A DNA stretch of 64,000 bases from Candidatus Sulfomarinibacteraceae bacterium (GTDB lineage: Bacteria; Acidobacteriota; Thermoanaerobaculia; Thermoanaerobaculales; Sulfomarinibacteraceae). The notes beneath the pieces were generated by a model. That model was not told the origin of the DNA and ran no database searches. It saw nothing but the letters and a program-made list of their open reading frames with translations. The position numbers and the translations under genes are program-made. The DNA lies in NCBI GenBank assembly GCA_963741385.1, contig CAVUHO010000003.1:257129-321128 (forward strand), in the 5' to 3' direction. Positions 25,993-34,782 of the stretch are shown piece after piece (within the stretch, counting starts at the first letter, position 1; the number at the start of each line of letters is the position of its first letter).

Positions 25993-27722
25993 GAGACCTC
26001 CGAGGGGGCGGGCATTTGAGATTCCCTGGGTGGGGGGCTGACGTCTCCCGTTTCCACCGCCGCCAGGAAGGCGTCGATGACCAGCGGGTCGAATCGCGAC
26101 CCGGACATGGAGCGCATCTTCGCAAGCACGTAATCGAGGGTCATGGCCTGCTGGTAGGGCCGGGTCGTGGTCATCGCGTCGAAGGTGTCGGCGACCCCGA
26201 TGATCCTCGCCACCATCGGGATCTGATCGCCCTTGAGGCGGTCCGGATAGCCGTTGCCGTCCCAGGTCTCGTGGTGGTTGCGGATGCCCGGAATGATGTC
26301 CTTGAGCATCCGAATCGGGCTCATGATCTGGGCGCCGATGGACGGGTGCTGGCGCATGATTTCAAATTCTTCGTCGGACAGTCCCCCGGGTTTGTTGAGG
26401 ATCCCGTCCTTGACGCCGAGCTTGCCGACGTCGTGCAGAATCGCTGCGATGTGGATTTGGAAGACCTCTTCCTGTTTGAGACCGAGTTGACGCGAAAGGG
26501 CCATGGAGTACGAAGCAACCCGTTCCGAGTGGCCGCGGGTGTAGGGGTCCTTGGCATCGATGGCGGCAGCGAGCGTCCGGATGGTCTCGAGGAAGAGCTC
26601 CTGGTTCTGGCGCAGGGCCTGTTTGAGCCGCCGCACCAGGGCCTCGATGTTGCCCGCCATGTGGTTGAAGTTGTTGCCGAGCTTGGCGAGCTCGTCCTCT
26701 CCGCGGACGGTTGCGCGCACCGCGAGATTGCCCTCGGCGATCTTGGACGAGGTGTCGGCGAGTTCCTGGAGTGGGCTGATCAGCCTGCGGCTGAGCAGAA
26801 AACCGATGCCCAGGGAGACCAACGCGGCGACGGCGGTGAGGCCCAGGGTGCGCAGCTGGCTTGCGCGAACCGGCGCGTACGCCTCTGCGGCGCTGCGCTC
26901 CATCAACACGCTCCATCCCTGGGTGCCCACCGGGGCCATGGAACCGAGCACCATCCCGGCCTCGAGATCCCGGGGGTGGTTGTAGGTCAGTGTCAGGCGC
27001 TGCGGCTTCCTCAGGTAGTCGCTGACGAGCGGCGAATCTGACAGGTCGTCGCGGCGAAGGGCGGGGCTCGACGAGATGATGACCTGACCTTGCGCGTCGA
27101 TCAGGCTCACCAGCAGACCGGCATAGGTCGGCGCGGACAGTTGGGCCTCCAGCGGTGCGAGGTCGAGCACCCCTGACAGGGAGCCCCAGATCCGCCCGGT
27201 GCTCGAACGCAGCGGAAACGCCATCACGGCCTTGGGTGGCTGATTGCGCGGCATATCGAGCAGAACCCGTTCGACCACCTCTCCGAGGGCGGTGCGCTCA
27301 TGCGCCTCGCGGATCGCCGCGTCCAGTCGTTCGATGGTCTCTTCTCCGAGGGACGGCGCCATGGCGAACGCCCCGGTGCCGCGTTCGGGAATGATCTGGA
27401 GGTAGACAAAGGCGCGTCCGGGTTCGGCGGCCATCCCCTCGAGGAGTGTGGCGAAACCGTCGACGTCGATCCTCTCGGCGGCTGCGAGGGCGAGGGCAGC
27501 GCTCGCCAGCTGGGTGCGGTGGCCGTCGTAAAACAGTGCTGTCTCACTGGCCAGGCTCACCGCCTGCCGACCCAGGTAACGGTTTTCCACCGTCGTCAGG
27601 TGGATTCGGCTGGCCTTGGTCAGCAGCAGACCCACAGCGACCATCGGCACCACCGTGACCAGTACGAGAGTGGCGGCGATAGGGTAGGTGAGGCTGGATC
27701 GGAGTCGTGCGAAGATGCCCAT
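25989..27722 (-). CDS. membrane HD-GYP phosphodiesterase with Cache-like sensor and HAMP
   Basis: Two TM segments, HAMP (DELAKLGNNFNHM), KDPYTRGHSERV, LHDVGK, HHETWDGNGYP. Confidence 0.92.
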   Translation of the reverse strand: MGIFARLRSSLTYPIAATLVLVTVVPMVAVGLLLTKASRIHLTTVENRYLGRQAVSLASETALFYDGHRTQLASAALALAAAERIDVDGFATLLEGMAAEPGRAFVYLQIIPERGTGAFAMAPSLGEETIERLDAAIREAHERTALGEVVERVLLDMPRNQPPKAVMAFPLRSSTGRIWGSLSGVLDLAPLEAQLSAPTYAGLLVSLIDAQGQVIISSSPALRRDDLSDSPLVSDYLRKPQRLTLTYNHPRDLEAGMVLGSMAPVGTQGWSVLMERSAAEAYAPVRASQLRTLGLTAVAALVSLGIGFLLSRRLISPLQELADTSSKIAEGNLAVRATVRGEDELAKLGNNFNHMAGNIEALVRRLKQALRQNQELFLETIRTLAAAIDAKDPYTRGHSERVASYSMALSRQLGLKQEEVFQIHIAAILHDVGKLGVKDGILNKPGGLSDEEFEIMRQHPSIGAQIMSPIRMLKDIIPGIRNHHETWDGNGYPDRLKGDQIPMVARIIGVADTFDAMTTTRPYQQAMTLDYVLAKMRSMSGSRFDPLVIDAFLAAVETGDVSPPPRESQMPAPSEVS

Positions 27723-27810
27723 ATCGAACGTTGGAAATATATCATGAACGCGGTGGGTATTCCCTGACGGAAGTTCTTTTCTGTTTGCATCCATTGACTT
27801 TGGAGGTTGG

Positions 27811-29514
27811 ATGACCATCGATCGCAAGACCGCCGCGCGAACCCTCCGTGAGATCGCCACCCTGCTCGAGGTCGCGGGCGACAACCCGCACCGGGTGCGT
27901 GCCTTTGCCAACGCGTCACGGTTGGTGGAACGCATGGAGGGTGATCTGCCGGCGATGATCGCCGGTGGAGAGCTGCTGGAGGTCAAGGGTCTGGGTCGTG
28001 GGACGGTGGCGGTGCTCGAAGATCTGGCGGCCGGCCGGCAACCCGAGGCCCTCGCTGAAGCGCTTTCGGCGGTTCCGGAAGGGGTGCGGGACCTGCTCGG
28101 AGTCAGGGGACTGGGGCCGAAAAAGGTCCGTGCCGTGTGGCAGGATTTGGGCGTGACGAGTCTCGGCGAACTCGAGTACGCCTGCCGCGAAAACCGGTTG
28201 GTCGAGCTGCCGGGATTCGGCGCTGCGACCCAGGAAAAGATCCTCGGCGGGGTGGCGTTTGCACGATCCGCGGGCGAGCGGCGGTTGATCAACGAGGCCT
28301 GGGCGATGGCCGGGACCTTCGAGGAGTCGCTGCGGTCGGCTCCGGGAGTTCTCGACGTCGTCGTCGTGGGCGAGGTTCGCCGCTGCTGCGAGACAGTGGG
28401 TTCGGTCCAGCTCGTGGTGGTGGCGGAGGACACCGACGCAGTGGGTGCGGCGGTGGCGACGGCCCTCCCGCGAGTGGAACGCGGGTCCGATGGGTGGTGG
28501 ACCGGAGTGGCCGATTCAGGGCTGCCGATCGGAGTGCGTGGCGTGGCGCCGTCCGGCGCAGGTGCGGCCTTCGTGTGGTCGACCGGATCCGACGCTCACC
28601 GCAACAGTCTGGCCGACCGTGCCCGTGGCCTCGGGCTGGTGTTCGACGGCGGCGGGCTGCGGCGCGACGGCCGGCCCGTCGCCTGCCCGGATGAGGCGGC
28701 TCTCTACGAGGCGCTCAGTTGCGCCTGGGTGCCGCCGGAATTGCGCGAGGGCGAGGACGAGGTCGAGCTGGCGGCCCGTCGCGCGTTGCCCGCGTTGGTG
28801 TCGGCAGACGACCTGCTGGGTGGGCTCCACAACCACACCACCGACTCCGATGGCGTGGCAACCGTTGAAGAGATGGCGCGCGCCGCCGGTGCGCTCGGTT
28901 GGCGTTTCTTCGGAGTGGCGGACCACTCGCCGATCGCGGTCTACGCCCACGGTGTCGATGGCAACAGGCTGCGCGACCAGTGGCGTCGCATCGACGCCTT
29001 CAACGCGGCCGGCAACGGCCCGCGGATCGTCAAAGGACTGGAGGCGGATATTCTCGCCGACGGAGAGCTCGACATCCCCGACGGATGCGAGGACGGGCTC
29101 GAGTACGTCGTGGCCTCGGTCCATTCGAATTTCCGGTTGAGCGAAGAACAGCAGACCGAACGGGTGGTGCGGGCCGTGGCCCACCCCGCCTGCCGGGTGC
29201 TCGGCCACCCCACCGGACGTCTGTTGTTGGCCCGTCCCGGCTATGCGGTCGATCTCGAACGGGTGCTCGAGGCCTGCGCCGAACACGGTGTGGCGGTGGA
29301 GATCAACGCCAGCCCCTACCGCCTCGATCTCGACTGGCGCTGGGCCCGGCGCGCGCTCGAACTCGGGCTCAAACTCATCGTCAACCCGGACGCGCATTCT
29401 CCCCAGGGCCTTGCCGACGTGCGTTGGGGTCTCGCGGTGGCGCGAAAGGCCGGCGCCACCGCCGCGGATCTCGTCAACTGCGCACCGATCGAGGAGTTTC
29501 TTGGGGAAAGGTAA
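27811..29514 (+). CDS. polX: PolX-PHP family protein with a degenerate polymerase site
   Basis: HhH N-terminus, GEVRRCCETVGSVQLVV (DxD absent), PHP motifs HNHTTDSDG, DHS, GHPTGR, NPDAH. Confidence 0.92.
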   Translation: MTIDRKTAARTLREIATLLEVAGDNPHRVRAFANASRLVERMEGDLPAMIAGGELLEVKGLGRGTVAVLEDLAAGRQPEALAEALSAVPEGVRDLLGVRGLGPKKVRAVWQDLGVTSLGELEYACRENRLVELPGFGAATQEKILGGVAFARSAGERRLINEAWAMAGTFEESLRSAPGVLDVVVVGEVRRCCETVGSVQLVVVAEDTDAVGAAVATALPRVERGSDGWWTGVADSGLPIGVRGVAPSGAGAAFVWSTGSDAHRNSLADRARGLGLVFDGGGLRRDGRPVACPDEAALYEALSCAWVPPELREGEDEVELAARRALPALVSADDLLGGLHNHTTDSDGVATVEEMARAAGALGWRFFGVADHSPIAVYAHGVDGNRLRDQWRRIDAFNAAGNGPRIVKGLEADILADGELDIPDGCEDGLEYVVASVHSNFRLSEEQQTERVVRAVAHPACRVLGHPTGRLLLARPGYAVDLERVLEACAEHGVAVEINASPYRLDLDWRWARRALELGLKLIVNPDAHSPQGLADVRWGLAVARKAGATAADLVNCAPIEEFLGER

Positions 29515-29522
29515 TGAGGCTA

Positions 29523-29574
29523 TTGTGGCGCAGGCGTCCCGCCTGCGCGTGCAGCCGGGACGGCCGCACCACAA
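29523..29574. repeat. REP doublet (REPIN-like)
   Basis: TTGTGGCGCAGGCGTCCCGCCTGCG...TGCAGCCGGGACGGCCGCACCACAA, inverted pair just after the polX stop. Confidence 0.8.
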
Positions 29575-29596
29575 CTCTCCGGTGACGCTCTTCCGA

Positions 29597-29721
29597 CATC
29601 CCGCCTTTGACCACTGTATTGCCCGTGAGTGCCCCCTCAGACGATGATTGGGCCCGAGATGTAGGCTCGCAACAGGCGTTCGAGTTCCCAACATTGTCAG
29701 AGAGGCACGTCCGGTGAACGC
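29597..29721 (+). ncRNA. structured non-coding element copy 1 (IS110 non-coding end / bridge-RNA-like; strand uncertain)
   Basis: Shares the scaffold TTGCCCGTGAGTGCCCCCTCA...TTGGGCCCGA...CCCAACAT...GGCACGTCCGGTGAACGC and upstream CATCCCG with 56696-56823. Confidence 0.6.
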
Positions 29722-29783
29722 GGCTCGTATTAGCAGGCTCTTCAGACGTGAGCACTCGTACCAAGGTTAAAGGCTGCGATGGA

Positions 29784-29823
29784 AAATCCGAAATCCGAAA
29801 TCCGAAATCCGAAATCCGAAATC
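29784..29823 (+). repeat. heptamer array (AAATCCG)5
   Basis: Five exact copies plus a partial. Confidence 0.95.
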
Positions 29824-29893
29824 TGTTCTCCGGGCGCCGCCGCACGCGACTCGTGTCAGCTCGCCAGCTTTCCGCTCGCGAACTCTCTCAAAC

Positions 29894-30162
29894 TGTCATC
29901 CCGAGCGAGCGAAGCGAGCCGAGGGATCTGGGGGGTGGCTTCAGGAAGATTTTTCCTTCAGCCCCCGCCCAGATCCCTCCGCTCGGTCGCTGCGCTCCCT
30001 CGGTCGGGATGACAGAGGGGGAACCGCTGCGCTCCCTCGGTCGGGATGACAGAGGGGGAACCGCTGCGCTCCCTCGGTCGGGATGACAGAGGGGGAACCG
30101 CTGCGCTCCCTCGGTCGGGATGACAGAGGGGGAATCGCTTTGCTCCCTCGGTCGGGATGACA
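29894..30162. repeat. TGTCATCCCG...CGGGATGACA palindromic REP-type element with a 37-bp unit amplified five times
   Basis: CGGGAT at 30005, 30042, 30079, 30116 and 30153; unit CGCTGCGCTCCCTCGGTCGGGATGACAGAGGGGGAAC; no spacers. Confidence 0.92.
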
Positions 30163-30200
30163 GAAAGTTGGACGCTGCTGAGTTCGTGCATCCTGGAATT

Positions 30201-30241
30201 GGGAGGGTGGGTGGGAAATCCGAAATCCGAAATCCGAAATC
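30201..30241 (+). repeat. GGGTGGGTGGG core plus (AAATCCG)3
   Basis: Direct reading. Confidence 0.9.
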
Positions 30242-30268
30242 TCTAGTACAGTCGTGGCAGGAGGATCC

Positions 30269-30724
30269 GTGTCAGATCTCGTGCTCGTGGTGGAGGATGA
30301 CCCGGCCAACGCGGTGTTGGTGGAGGCGATTCTGACCACGGTCGGCAACTTCGACGTCGTCTGGTCGGACGATGGCGACGAGATTCTGCAGGTGGTGGCC
30401 GGGCAGCCGGTGGCGGCGGTGCTCATGGATGTTTCGCTCAGCCACACCCGGGTCGCCGGCGACCGGGTCGACGGGGTCGAACTGACGCGCCGGATCCGCG
30501 ATCTGCCGCAGGGCCTCAATCTGCCGGTGGTTCTGCTGACCGCTCACGCTATGAAGGGGGACCGGGAACGTCTCCTCTTCTCGTCGAGCGCCAACGACTA
30601 CGTGGCCAAGCCCATCGTCGACCAGAAGGGTCTGGTCTCGCTGGTGGAACGCCATATCCGCGCCGCCAAGGCGGTCAAGGCCGAACTCGAGGCGCGGCAC
30701 CGGGACGGTGATGGGTCCTTCTGA
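30269..30724 (+). CDS. single-domain response regulator (DivK/CheY-like)
   Basis: VLVVEDD, VLMDVSL, LTAHAMKGDRE, DYVAKP; RBS AGGAGG. Confidence 0.92.
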   Translation: MSDLVLVVEDDPANAVLVEAILTTVGNFDVVWSDDGDEILQVVAGQPVAAVLMDVSLSHTRVAGDRVDGVELTRRIRDLPQGLNLPVVLLTAHAMKGDRERLLFSSSANDYVAKPIVDQKGLVSLVERHIRAAKAVKAELEARHRDGDGSF

Positions 30725-31358
30725 GGGTGAGTTCGGCCCCTGGATCGACATCAGTCGTCCCGTTCGCCGGACGACCCCGGTGTGGCCGGGAGACCGTCCC
30801 TTCCTCCTCAGCCAGCGGCGCGAGCCGGGGTTCGTTCTGAGCTCCTTCGAGACCACATGCCACATCGGAACCCACGTCGATGCGCCGCTTCATCTGGACG
30901 CCGCCGCTTCGCCGGTCGAGGATGTGCCGATTGGCCGTTGCGTGGGGCCGGCGGACGTCGTGCGGATTGAGGGGCCGGGCCGCGCGCTGACACCGGCCGA
31001 CCTGTCTGGCGGCTGGGAGCCGCGGTCGCCGCGAGTGCTGCTGCGGACCGACACCTCTCCCCTCGACCGCGAGATCGGCCCGGGCTTTGCCGGGCTGTCG
31101 GCAGAGCTGGTTCACTGGCTGGCCGACCGCGGGGTCGAACTGGTGGGCATCGACACGCCGTCGGTGGACGTCTTCGAATCGCAAGAACTCCCCGCTCACC
31201 ACGCCCTGCTGGAGCGTGGACTCACCTGGATCGAGGGCCTGTGGCTTGCGGACGCGGAGCCCGGTCGCTACTTCCTCGCCGCACTGCCGACGCTTCTCGA
31301 AGGCGCCGAGGCCGCCCCCGTCCGCGCAGTCCTCGCGCCGCTGCGCGGCGAATTTTGA
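30711..31358 (+). CDS. cyclase family protein / kynurenine formamidase-like
   Basis: CHIGTHVDAPLH (HxGTHxDxPxH), GIDTPSVD, IEGL; the stop codon lies in the heptamer array. Confidence 0.9.
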   Translation: MGPSEGEFGPWIDISRPVRRTTPVWPGDRPFLLSQRREPGFVLSSFETTCHIGTHVDAPLHLDAAASPVEDVPIGRCVGPADVVRIEGPGRALTPADLSGGWEPRSPRVLLRTDTSPLDREIGPGFAGLSAELVHWLADRGVELVGIDTPSVDVFESQELPAHHALLERGLTWIEGLWLADAEPGRYFLAALPTLLEGAEAAPVRAVLAPLRGEF

Positions 31359-31454
31359 ATTTTGAATTTTGAATTTTGAATTCCTCCACCCACCCACCTT
31401 TTCCGGGGGAGGGCGGGCGGGAATTCAAAATTCATAATTCAAAATTCATAATTT
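31351..31454. repeat. inverted heptamer arms around a CCACCCACC...GGGCGGG core
   Basis: (AATTTTG)4 left; AATTCAA/AATTCAT x4 right, which is the reverse complement of AATTTTG/AATTATG. Confidence 0.92.
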
Positions 31455-32493
31455 AGTCCCTGTCCGGATCGGCCTCGGTGAGGAACCGCGCGGCTTCCTC
31501 GGGCGGCGTCGGATTGATGGTGTAGCCGGAACCCCACTCGAACCCGGCCGGGCGGGTGATCCGCGGCGCGAAACCGATGTGCCAGTGGTAGTCCTGCTCG
31601 ATGGTGGTCCAGTAGTCGGGCTGGCCGGGGCGCGGGTGCGGGCTCGGCGCGGTGTGGAGCACCAGGTTGTACGGCGGGTCGTTCAGGAGCGATCGGATGC
31701 GGCGCAGGAATTCGCGCAGAATCACCGCCAGGTCGTGGAGTTCGTCGTCGGTGGCGATGGCGAAGTCGTGGCGGTGCTGCCTGGGGAGGATCCAGGTTTC
31801 AAACGGCACGGTCGCGGCGAAGGGGGCGAGGGCGACGTAGCGTTCGGTTTCGAGGCAGACGCGTTCGGCGAGACGCAGCTCCTGGCCGATCACGTCACAG
31901 AACAGGCAGCGCTCCTTGCCCCGAAAGTGGCGTCGGCACGAGTTGAGCTCCTCGATCACCGCGGTGGGAATGATCGGGGTGGCGATGAGCTGGGAGTGGG
32001 CGTGATCCACCGAGGCGCCTGCCTCCCGGCCCTGGTTCTTGAAGATCAGCACATAGCGCAGCCGCACGTCCCTCCGCAGGTCGATGAGCCGCGCCCGCCA
32101 CGCCTGAAAAACGAGGGCGATGTCGTCCGCATCCATGTCGGCCATCGCGAGGTCGGTGGCCGGCGTTTCGACGATGACCTCGTGGGCGCCGACGCCGGCA
32201 ACCGAGTCGTTGAGACCCACGGCCTCGCGTTTGACCTCGCCCTCGACCCGAAGGGCGGGAAAGCTGTTGGCAAAGACCCGCACCTGCCAGAGGGTGGGGT
32301 CGCCCGGCTGCGGGATCGAAAAAATGGTCGGAGGCGTTTCGCTCTCCCTGCCCGGGGCGAACGGGTCTTCGGCCGCCGGCGGGCCGGCGGCGGGTTCCAC
32401 CACGAATTCGCCGGGGCGTTGTTTGCGTTCCGGGGCGATGATGGTCCAGCGGCGTTGGATCGGGCAGTAGCGGATCTCGGACACGTCAGTCAT
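31453..32493 (-). CDS. galT: galactose-1-phosphate uridylyltransferase family (GalT)
   Basis: RRWTIIAPERKQRP, VFANSFPAL, GAHEVIVE, FKNQGREAGASVDHAHSQ, CLFCD, GFEWGSG. Confidence 0.92.
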   Translation of the reverse strand: MTDVSEIRYCPIQRRWTIIAPERKQRPGEFVVEPAAGPPAAEDPFAPGRESETPPTIFSIPQPGDPTLWQVRVFANSFPALRVEGEVKREAVGLNDSVAGVGAHEVIVETPATDLAMADMDADDIALVFQAWRARLIDLRRDVRLRYVLIFKNQGREAGASVDHAHSQLIATPIIPTAVIEELNSCRRHFRGKERCLFCDVIGQELRLAERVCLETERYVALAPFAATVPFETWILPRQHRHDFAIATDDELHDLAVILREFLRRIRSLLNDPPYNLVLHTAPSPHPRPGQPDYWTTIEQDYHWHIGFAPRITRPAGFEWGSGYTINPTPPEEAARFLTEADPDRD

Positions 32494-34517
32494 TCCTTTC
32501 GCCCGCCGCCGCCGTACTCGCGGTCGACCGCATACGGTTCGAGCAGCAGCGCTCCGCCGGCGGGCAGCTGCCACTCACCGAGCCGCACTTCGAGGCGCGA
32601 GCCGCCCCGGCCGTCCCACGGCAGCGAGACCTCGGCGACACTGCCGACGGCGCAGGCAGCCGTCACCGGCATGGATTCCCGATGACCGATCACGACTTCG
32701 GTCGCCGTGCCGTCGACCGCGGTCAGCCGGATGACCAGCCGGTCGCCGTTGAGCAGCGGTTGCACGGCGCTCGATCCCTCGACGAGGAGATGCAGCCGAT
32801 CCCGACCTCCCCAGACCGCCAGCCTCCGCAACGGGCCGTCATCCGACGCCGTCACCCACTGGGCCAGCGACCACTCGAAGTAGGTGGTGACCCGGCCGTC
32901 GAGGGTCGGCGCCGGCCAGCTCTCGGAGACCGGGACCCGCAGCAGCCGGGTTGCGGTCTTCAGCGCCTGGGCGAGATCGACGGGACTCTCGATCCCGGCC
33001 TGCGCGCAGGCGTCGGCCAGGTGCTGTCGGAAGATCCTGTCATAGAGCGGCGCGAGGGCGGTCGGGTTGTCATCACCGAGCCACCAGAACCAGTCGGAGC
33101 CCTCCGCCAGCAGCAGTGACGGCGGGCGGTCGCCGCCGGCGGCGGCGATGGCCGCGCGGACGGCGGCCAGGATCTCCCAGGCGTGGGTCTTTTCGTGATG
33201 CCCGATCCAGGTCGCAAAGATCGAGTTGATCCACGATCCGGGGTGAAGCCGGTCCAGACGCTCAGGTGGGGCCACCTCCGCCGCGTGCGCGAGAGTCACC
33301 GGCCGGAGCCCCGACGGGTGGTTGTTGAGCCGGTCGAAAAGCTCTCGGAGGAACCGGCCGCCACCCTCGGGGTAGTAGAGCCATGGGTTCTCTCCATCGA
33401 GGGCGATGGTGATGCAGGCGTCGTCGGGGAGCGTGCGCGAGAGTTCCTCCAGCTTGCGGACGAGGTCCAGGGCAGCCACCCCCTCATCGTGCCAGCTGCC
33501 GTACTGGAAACCGATGGCGTCCGAGAGGTGGCGATCGCGGAAGAACAGCGCCGGCCCGCCTTGCAGAGCGAGCCAGGGCCGGTAGAGATCGTGCTCGGCG
33601 CCGCCGCCGTTGCGCAACTGGCGCCCGAGGCTGCGTTCGAGGATGCCTTCGTCGGTGACCAGCCACTTCACTCCGGCTTCGGCGTACACCGCTACCGCGT
33701 CAACCGACACGGACCCTTCGGGCGGCCAGCAGCCGCGGGTTTCGAATCCGTGCTCGCGCATGAATTGACGACCCTGGTCGAGCTGCCAGGCGGCGTCCTC
33801 CGGGTGGCGGAAGACCGGCACCGCCGGCGCCGCGTGGGGTGCCCAGCTGTCGACCACGATTCCGGAGTCGATCAGCAACGGCATGATGGGGTGGGCGTAG
33901 GGGCTGGTCGAGATTTCGACGCCGGCCAACGCGCCCGCTCGCCGCCACAGATCCGCCAGTTCGCCGGGTTGCGCCCGCAGCCAGTCGCTCATCGCCAGGT
34001 GGTCGTCGGCGCCGTAGTTCCCGCCGCGGCTGTGCAGCGGCGCCAACCGCTCGTCGGTCCACGCCTGTTCGCCGGCCTGGGCGAGCACGAAGAGGACCTG
34101 GAGGTCGCGCAGGTCGCCGCGGCCGAAGCGGCTGTCGAGACGGTCGTTCGACGGTTTCGAGGGCCGCCTCCGGGCGAGCTCCGCCAGCCGCGGGTAGCGT
34201 TCGAACTGTCTCGGGTTGACGTGGACTCCCCACGACACCAGGATCTCGCGTTGGGCTGCGGTGAGATCGCCGGCCGGCGTGACGATCGCCTCGATCACGG
34301 GGTCCACGACTGTTCCGTCGCGGTAGGCGAGGAGCTGTTCGAGCAGGGTCGGCACGATGTTCAGGATCTGGCCGCGGCCTCCGCCCGCCTCGATCGCGCG
34401 GGCCAGCGTCGTGTAGGTGCCGCCGGCGTGGAGGGCGACCCACGGCGCGTGGGAAACACCGTCAGCGGTGCGGTAGGCGGGCTGGTGGAGGTGCCAGAGA
34501 AAGGAGATGGTCGCCAT
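32490..34517 (-). CDS. glycoside hydrolase family 57
   Basis: LWHLHQP, SPYAHPIMPLL, WPPEGSVS, FFRDRHLSDAIGF, ALDGENPW, AEGSDWFWW. Confidence 0.95.
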   Translation of the reverse strand: MATISFLWHLHQPAYRTADGVSHAPWVALHAGGTYTTLARAIEAGGGRGQILNIVPTLLEQLLAYRDGTVVDPVIEAIVTPAGDLTAAQREILVSWGVHVNPRQFERYPRLAELARRRPSKPSNDRLDSRFGRGDLRDLQVLFVLAQAGEQAWTDERLAPLHSRGGNYGADDHLAMSDWLRAQPGELADLWRRAGALAGVEISTSPYAHPIMPLLIDSGIVVDSWAPHAAPAVPVFRHPEDAAWQLDQGRQFMREHGFETRGCWPPEGSVSVDAVAVYAEAGVKWLVTDEGILERSLGRQLRNGGGAEHDLYRPWLALQGGPALFFRDRHLSDAIGFQYGSWHDEGVAALDLVRKLEELSRTLPDDACITIALDGENPWLYYPEGGGRFLRELFDRLNNHPSGLRPVTLAHAAEVAPPERLDRLHPGSWINSIFATWIGHHEKTHAWEILAAVRAAIAAAGGDRPPSLLLAEGSDWFWWLGDDNPTALAPLYDRIFRQHLADACAQAGIESPVDLAQALKTATRLLRVPVSESWPAPTLDGRVTTYFEWSLAQWVTASDDGPLRRLAVWGGRDRLHLLVEGSSAVQPLLNGDRLVIRLTAVDGTATEVVIGHRESMPVTAACAVGSVAEVSLPWDGRGGSRLEVRLGEWQLPAGGALLLEPYAVDREYGGGGRKE

Positions 34518-34587
34518 CGAGAACGGATTCTACCCCTTTCCGGCGCGGGACCGGTGAGGGGTCGCGAGATGTCGGGACAACCTCAGG

Positions 34588-34782
34588 TCAACTTTCCGAC
34601 CGTCCGAAGGTGCTCTCGTTCAACGCCGACATTTCTTCAATTTCCTCCTCGGTCGAGAACAGGCCAGCCTGGTCGTTCCCACAGGCCGGACAGACGGCCT
34701 CCTTGACCCGCACCCCATCCCACTCGAAGGCGTAGACGGGGCTTTCGCACTCGAGGCAGATGACGAAATCCGGTGTGCTCAT
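34588..34782 (-). CDS. small CxxC...CxxC putative metal-binding protein
   Basis: ICLECESP...VCPACGN; RBS GGAGG. Confidence 0.65.
   Translation of the reverse strand: MSTPDFVICLECESPVYAFEWDGVRVKEAVCPACGNDQAGLFSTEEEIEEMSALNESTFGRSES

Noticed and set aside
29619-29721. 6S RNA or riboswitch identity for the structured element
   Set aside because: Two dispersed copies, ~105 nt, not positioned as 5' leaders of a common gene type and no aptamer motif I recognise; not fully excluded without an Rfam scan.
29987-30162. 37-bp repeats as a CRISPR array
   Set aside because: Units are head-to-tail with no unique spacers, derive from a REP arm, and no cas genes are present.
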